64,000 nucleotides of DNA, from the IMG/VR virus record IMGVR_UViG_3300048881_000780; one strand, given 5' to 3'. Below, piece by piece: positions 58,884 to 64,000 of the stretch. The number at the start of each line of letters is the position of its first letter. Position 1 is the first letter of the stretch. The DNA is from a virus. Lineage: Duplodnaviria; Caudoviricetes. The position numbers were made by a program, and so were the translations under genes. A model generated the notes under the pieces. It was given only the letters and a program-made list of their open reading frames with translations. It was not told where the DNA came from and searched no databases.

Positions 58884-59377
58884 AGAAAATTTTATTAATA
58901 GTAACCTTAGTGTTATCTCATTCAGTTCTATCTTGTTCTAAATCTTACTGGAAGAAAGCTCAATTTCAGGATGATCTAACAGAGTCAAAATACCGAAGAG
59001 TTGGTAAGTCAATAGCCCAACTTGTAGATAACAATGCTTACGGTATAAAAGAAAAGGATTTAAACTTTGTTAAAAGAAGGTTTATTTCCCTTTTAAAAGA
59101 CAAGGAAGAGGCAAGACTTCAAATCAGAAAGACTATAAATATGTGGTCTCACTTAAGAAGTAATTGCACTGGAAAGAATAGACGAAATGCCAAGAAAGCT
59201 CATATAAGACTTAAAAACTATAGATCCAGGGTAACTAGAGTTATCAATGAGAATACTAAAAAAGTAGAAACTTTAATTAAGAGAGCAGAGAAAAAAAGAA
59301 TAGAAAAATTAAATAATCAAGAAGGTAGTAATTCTAAAAGTAATTCATCCTCAGTCTGGGAGGAAATACAGTGGTAA
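58880..59377 (+). CDS. Secreted basic protein
   Basis: MKKILLIVTLVLSHSVLSC signal. Confidence 0.65.
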   Translation: MKKILLIVTLVLSHSVLSCSKSYWKKAQFQDDLTESKYRRVGKSIAQLVDNNAYGIKEKDLNFVKRRFISLLKDKEEARLQIRKTINMWSHLRSNCTGKNRRNAKKAHIRLKNYRSRVTRVINENTKKVETLIKRAEKKRIEKLNNQEGSNSKSNSSSVWEEIQW

Positions 59378-59787
59378 GTTGTAAAAAGTGCCTAGAAACT
59401 GTTAGAAATAAAAAACCTTCTCCTATCGGAGTGATGATTAGTGAAATGGGTTTTTGTAGTATGTATTGCTTGGGTTCCAAAGGAATGAAATCAATATTTA
59501 AAAAATTTGATAAAAATAAAGAAATTGAGGAAAAGAGTATGAAGGCCAATAATCGAGCATTTATTAGAAGAGATACAGAAGTTACAAATAAATTAAAATC
59601 CTTAGTTAAAAGTAACATGATTATTCTGAATCCAGATTGCTACTTTAATCAGGAAAAGTGGTTATTTGAAAGCGGAGAATCTTTTCATGTATATAGTGAT
59701 GGGGTAAAGGTAACCTTTTTAGATAATCGCCTCCCTAGGTTTTCACTTTGTATCAAACTCGTTGAATTAGAGTTTGAGGAAAAATAG
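59371..59787 (+). CDS. Hypothetical protein with Cys motifs
   Basis: CKKC...FCSMYC; GGAGG SD. Confidence 0.65.
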   Translation: MVSCKKCLETVRNKKPSPIGVMISEMGFCSMYCLGSKGMKSIFKKFDKNKEIEEKSMKANNRAFIRRDTEVTNKLKSLVKSNMIILNPDCYFNQEKWLFESGESFHVYSDGVKVTFLDNRLPRFSLCIKLVELEFEEK

Positions 59788-60078
59788 ATGAATTTGTCCC
59801 CACCATTAAATATTGGACAGAGATATAGGATCGAAAGACCTTCAAAGGGAAACAAAAAGAGAGTTCTCTCTGGGATTTATGAGGTGTCAGCTGTTTATGC
59901 CCAGGTTACCTGGTCAAAAAAAGGTCTTCGGGAACCAAAAGATTATCTTGTTGAATTCTCTATGATCGATGAGAATGATATTACATATACTCTCACTGCG
60001 AGATGGAGGAGTGGGGCCTTTTACCACCCTTATAATCATAAGGAATTACTGAATTGGAGAATTTCTAAGATCCAGTAG
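59788..60078 (+). CDS. Hypothetical protein
   Basis: GAGG SD. Confidence 0.6.
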   Translation: MNLSPPLNIGQRYRIERPSKGNKKRVLSGIYEVSAVYAQVTWSKKGLREPKDYLVEFSMIDENDITYTLTARWRSGAFYHPYNHKELLNWRISKIQ

Positions 60079-60176
60079 CTTTAAGGATTAAATATTGAAT
60101 CAATATAGATCTACGTAACTAAATTCTTCCATTAATTTATAAGAAAGTTTTCAATGTATAATTTCATTTTTGACAA

Positions 60177-60467
60177 CTAATGTATTTTATATATGTCTAT
60201 TTGTTGATCATTTTTTATTATCTTACAAGGAATACCTTTTACTTTTAATTGAATTTCATTTCCTTTGTTTAATTCTTCTTTGATATAACTTTTAAGGGTA
60301 ATATCATTTTTAAATTCTTCAGCCGTCACTTTGATAGTTAATTTATCTGTAATAATAGAAGATAATTTTAACTTCTCTTTTTTTATCATAAACTTTATTA
60401 ATATATATACTCCAACAAGGGCGACACTCATTAGAAAAATCATTGAAAAAGTATCTAAGCTAAACAT
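60177..60467 (-). CDS. Small membrane protein
   Basis: N-terminal TM; AAGGAG SD. Confidence 0.6.
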   Translation of the reverse strand: MFSLDTFSMIFLMSVALVGVYILIKFMIKKEKLKLSSIITDKLTIKVTAEEFKNDITLKSYIKEELNKGNEIQLKVKGIPCKIIKNDQQIDIYKIH

Positions 60468-60531
60468 TTTTAAACATACTCCTTTTTAAGTTCCTGTTAT
60501 TACGTACATTATAATTTTTCCACTTGAGTTT

Positions 60532-60548
60532 TTAACACAATGTGTTAA
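60532..60548. promoter_or_regulatory. Perfect operator copy (TTAACACAATGTGTTAA)
   Basis: Perfect 7-3-7 palindrome upstream of RNase H. Confidence 0.8.
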
Positions 60549-60569
60549 GATACTTTTACTGGAGTTTTC

Positions 60570-61034
60570 TTGAAAGATGAATTTGTTACCATTTATAGTG
60601 ATGCTTCTTTTTGTCCAAATCAAAAAATTATGGGTTGGGCCTTCTATTCTAGGTGTTCAAGTGGGAAAATGAAGAAGTATGGTTTATTAAACGAAAAGAC
60701 AAATTGCTCAACAACTGCTGAAATGGAAGCTATTTTAATCGCAGTTAAGAGAACTATCCGTAGATGGCCTCACTTAAAGGGTGTATTTGTTAATTGTGAC
60801 TCTTTAACGAGTTGTGAGCTACTTTGGCCTTCAAACTTAAAAGAAACTGATCACTATAATTTACCAAGAGCTCAAAAAATCAAAGATGAAATTATTAGCT
60901 TGTTAGAAAGTAAAGGTATGTGGCTGAGAGTGAAACATGTAAAAGGGCATCAAGTTAGTGATAATGTGAGAAGTTATTTAAATAACTTTTGCGACAAGAA
61001 GGCCAAAGAAAAACTTCTAAAGGCCTCCTCTTAA
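60570..61034 (+). CDS. rnhA: Ribonuclease HI-like
   Basis: YSDAS, AEMEAI, NCDS, HVKGH, NNFCDKKAK. Confidence 0.85.
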   Translation: MKDEFVTIYSDASFCPNQKIMGWAFYSRCSSGKMKKYGLLNEKTNCSTTAEMEAILIAVKRTIRRWPHLKGVFVNCDSLTSCELLWPSNLKETDHYNLPRAQKIKDEIISLLESKGMWLRVKHVKGHQVSDNVRSYLNNFCDKKAKEKLLKASS

Positions 61035-61036
61035 TA

Positions 61037-61663
61037 TTAGGCCACTGCTTTATTCCCAGTACAACTACTACATATTCCATCAGTCATAGAACTCTCCAAT
61101 CCCTTAGTATTGCACTCGTCACACTCTGAAACCCTTCTCTCTCCAATTATTTTCAAACAATCTCCACTGAAATCAAAGCAAACATAGATATTACCTAGTG
61201 TTTTATGAAAACTGTGATGAACTGGATATCTCTTTACCAGCGAGTGTAGCACAGATACGATCTCAGTATTTTCAGTAATAGTGTACAATCCTTCATCATT
61301 ATCTAATACTTTTGAGATACTATAAGAGAATTCAGATAGCGCTGAGTCTCCATCTAAAACTTTTTGACATGCATCAATAATTTTTTCACCCTTTTCTAGT
61401 TCATGACTAATTTCGCACATCTCTCTGGCGCTTGAAATTAGCCCCTGGAGTACTTCTAACTTAGTTCCATCTAAGATATCACTATCATCGATTTGAACCT
61501 CGTAAACGCTCTTTGTTGCATACTCATAAGCAAGTAGCCAGTTAGAAGTTAGATAGATCCCCTCACCTTCAACTCTTTTGAGTGTTTCCACTCTTTCGCA
61601 ATATTCTGCCTTGTAAACCAACTTTTTTAATCCAGATTTACTGGATCCATGAAAAACTTCCAT
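61037..61663 (-). CDS. Protein with ADP-ribosyltransferase-like N-terminus and C-terminal CxxC pair
   Basis: VFHGS...GEGIYLT....AYEYA; start after GGAGG. Confidence 0.55.
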   Translation of the reverse strand: MEVFHGSSKSGLKKLVYKAEYCERVETLKRVEGEGIYLTSNWLLAYEYATKSVYEVQIDDSDILDGTKLEVLQGLISSAREMCEISHELEKGEKIIDACQKVLDGDSALSEFSYSISKVLDNDEGLYTITENTEIVSVLHSLVKRYPVHHSFHKTLGNIYVCFDFSGDCLKIIGERRVSECDECNTKGLESSMTDGICSSCTGNKAVA

Positions 61664-61778
61664 AATTACCTCCAAAATACATATCGTAAATATCCAATAA
61701 AAGGGGAAAATATGAAAAAATGAGCACTTAGTTAAAATATTTATTGACATGACACGTTAACTAATATATTATTTAATT

Positions 61779-62070
61779 AACAAAGGGTTCAACTCTAACC
61801 GCCAAGATGGCCAGCTTAGGAATCCAACTGTTAATATTCCAAATAGCTTCTAAGTATTAGAGGTAATGTTCAGGAAGAACGACTAGGAAGGAATAATTAA
61901 GAGGGAAAGTTTGTGATTAAATTAGACTTCTTTTAGAACTTTAATTTGTCAAAAACAAATCATTACATTAAGTGATGTCTCGCGTTTGAAAATTTGCTAA
62001 TGTCTCAACATCTCCTCGCTTCGTTTGAGCATATGACAATTGAATAACTAAAGATTTTCCTCTTGTTTTT
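61779..62070 (+). ncRNA. Candidate ~290-nt structured ncRNA
   Basis: TTGACA-17-TATTAT promoter (61744-61772) with operator; no ORF; long-range pairing of 61899-61912 with 62051-62064. Confidence 0.45.
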
Positions 62071-63828
62071 TTATCTAAATACCATCTTACATTCTGTTAT
62101 TTTTATTTCAGCTGAAGTGTAGGCCCCTTCTGCGGCCCATCCACCTGTGTGAATGTAGAAGTAAATCCCCCAGTTCTTCGAGTCTAGTTGCCTTATAATC
62201 GAGTGAGTTGGCCAACTTCTTCCAACTGGATGTTGAGGAATGACTGATCCTCCCATAATGCATTTTTGCTGATGAACATGGGCCGTCTCCGTCATATTTG
62301 AGTAAATCCAGTTATGTGTCCACACCTGATCTAATATCGTGATATTCTCTGCCGAATCAAACTTGTAATTGTATATTCTTCCAGCATGAGGTTGACACTC
62401 ATCACCACTACAGGTTGGTTGAGCAACGTAACCTGAGTAGGTAACTCTTTTTTGATTTTCTTTTATGTAAAATATTAAAGAATTTCCGTCTCTACCCATT
62501 TCATCAACAGCTGTAACTTTAATCTCTATTTTTTCAGAGGGATATCTTCTGCGACAAAATCTAGATGTTGAAGTTGAGTACTCTCCCGTTATTTGACCAT
62601 CGTTATCAATAATAGGTAGTCCTAAGCAATTATCTAATGGTGTCGCTAGTTTAAATTCGGAATTTCCATCTTCAAAATGTTTGACGTGATCAATTCTAAC
62701 AGTAGCACCTGGAGTGAGAGTAAATTCCGGTAAATAGAAGTACTGACCACTTGGTGATTCGAATGCGGCGCCTTCACTATCTAGAGAATACAATTTATTC
62801 ACTGTTGTACTGGCATTGTGAGAGAGCTTTATTTCCGCGGGAGTGACTCCCGAATTAAACCATTCATTACATACATTGGAGTGACCCTTTTCTAGAAGAT
62901 CATCTTCAGAAACTCTAATTACCTGATCAAAGTATGACCCAGAGTCTCTTAGTACTAATTCTCCTATTGAAAGCTCTTCATCTGAATAAAAGTCTGTACA
63001 TAGATTTTCATCACAAGTGAAATTACTTGGTCCTTTTGAGTGTACAAACTCCAGACCTGTGGTAGAAAAATTTTCAAAGCTATATCCAGTATATGTTGGA
63101 GACAATGACGCTCCCTCCATAGATGTTTTTTCATATATACCTGAACAACACTGTCTAGATCTGTGAAAGAATCTACAATTAATTTCTTTAGTCCTCTTTA
63201 TGCACATCCTTTGCCTAAGCTCTCCTCCACACTTTCTTCTTGAAGGATTTCTGGTAACATTGAACGTTGTATCATCTGTCTCAACGTACCCGAAGGGACA
63301 GCTAAATTTATTCGCTTCTAACCATAGAGAATCATCATCATTACAGACATCTCTACCAGTTGAGTTAAAATAGTTTCTAGCATCCTCTCCGTAAACGCCA
63401 CTTGAAAAATTTTGAGCGCAAATATCGGAACTATTCTTTCCAGGTACTCTTTGTAATCCCGACATCTTAATATCGACATTCTTGAGTATATTTGAAATCA
63501 GAGTAAAGCTGGATGCATCCTCATTTACTTTTGTCGGTGAGAAATCAACAGAAATATTTATATCATTATCAGCTGAGTAGAGCTTTGTTCTAAGGTTTGT
63601 TTTATAAGATTCTGGTAGCATCTTAAAGAAAATATTCTTATCTTCTCCCTCCATATTACCTGATATCGTGGCCGTAAAATTGCTACCATTATTTGAAATA
63701 TTTGGAGTATAGTCGTAAGGATAGTAACAAAATACTCCTTCGCAATTCACTTCAATTTCAATAGGAGGACTCTCCTCTTGGGCGAAAATATTCAACTGTA
63801 ATAATATTAATAAGATAACAATTCTCAT
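62071..63828 (-). CDS. Secreted cysteine-rich protein
   Basis: Signal peptide; many Cys (FSCPFGY, RQCCSG). Confidence 0.75.
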   Translation of the reverse strand: MRIVILLILLQLNIFAQEESPPIEIEVNCEGVFCYYPYDYTPNISNNGSNFTATISGNMEGEDKNIFFKMLPESYKTNLRTKLYSADNDINISVDFSPTKVNEDASSFTLISNILKNVDIKMSGLQRVPGKNSSDICAQNFSSGVYGEDARNYFNSTGRDVCNDDDSLWLEANKFSCPFGYVETDDTTFNVTRNPSRRKCGGELRQRMCIKRTKEINCRFFHRSRQCCSGIYEKTSMEGASLSPTYTGYSFENFSTTGLEFVHSKGPSNFTCDENLCTDFYSDEELSIGELVLRDSGSYFDQVIRVSEDDLLEKGHSNVCNEWFNSGVTPAEIKLSHNASTTVNKLYSLDSEGAAFESPSGQYFYLPEFTLTPGATVRIDHVKHFEDGNSEFKLATPLDNCLGLPIIDNDGQITGEYSTSTSRFCRRRYPSEKIEIKVTAVDEMGRDGNSLIFYIKENQKRVTYSGYVAQPTCSGDECQPHAGRIYNYKFDSAENITILDQVWTHNWIYSNMTETAHVHQQKCIMGGSVIPQHPVGRSWPTHSIIRQLDSKNWGIYFYIHTGGWAAEGAYTSAEIKITECKMVFR

Positions 63829-63924
63829 ATAACTATTATAAATCTTCTTTTAGTGATTTATTGAATTTTAAGTCTCTATCACCTAGGCCTAGGATATAAT
63901 AGATTTATCAGAAGTTGAGGTTAT

Positions 63925-64000
63925 ATGAAAGAAGTTGCGTTTGTTGTAAATTTAGAGTCTACTCCTGGCGTTAGTGGGTCTCATTACCTATTGTTTGAAA
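63925..64000 (+). CDS. Partial ORF running off window
   Basis: GAGG SD plus ATG; TCACC-N11-TATAAT promoter. Confidence 0.55.
   Translation, partial: MKEVAFVVNLESTPGVSGSHYLLFE

Noticed and set aside
7224-59618. Numerous short overlapping or antisense ORFs in the track (e.g. 7224, 10675, 12607, 18237, 19743, 24446, 26099, 26752, 29973, 32453, 32974, 35137, 37449, 38555, 41760, 42278, 43329, 48978, 58275, 59334)
   Set aside because: They lie within or opposite well-supported genes and lack convincing RBS or motifs.
1644-61760. Operator as CtrA box or CRISPR repeat
   Set aside because: Spacing is TTAA-N9-TTAA rather than N7, and copies are dispersed singly with no spacer array or cas genes.
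1-64000. Jumbo phage interpretation
   Set aside because: Phage-type nucleotide genes are present, but I see no capsid, terminase, portal or tail genes, while VirB4 and a pilin are present. It cannot be fully excluded from one window.

Overview
AT-rich (~30% GC by eye), gene-dense segment of what looks like a large conjugative plasmid or ICE. The host is most plausibly Bdellovibrionota (Halobacteriovorax/Bacteriovorax-like); this is inferred from the SSB sequences and RxPAS-type secreted proteins and is not verified. I found no rRNA, tRNA, CRISPR, transposase or phage structural genes. Coding content: (1) a divergent type IV secretion module (pilin-like, VirB3-like, degenerate VirB4-N paralog, VirB4, and a large secreted protein with a second paralog at the window start), plus an FtsK/coupling-protein-like ATPase and a lytic transglycosylase; (2) DNA and nucleotide metabolism genes (RecJ, RuvC, RecE-like nuclease, SNF2 and SF2 helicases, two SSBs, RNase H, ScpB-like, GMP and dNMP kinases, C5 methyltransferase); (3) two ClpA-like ATPases, orphan antitoxins, several pseudo-enzymes and many lipoproteins. 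The most striking signal is non-coding. There are more than 20 copies of a 17-bp palindromic operator (WTRAC-N7-GTYAW) in promoter regions. A second, non-canonical promoter class (CACT-N10/11-TAWAAT, often giving leaderless mRNAs) precedes the secretion, Clp and exported-protein genes. There are also 3-4 candidate small RNAs, one of which (CUCCUUAU-(GU)n) is complementary to the ribosome-binding site of the candidate master repressor. Together these suggest an undescribed element-wide regulatory circuit.
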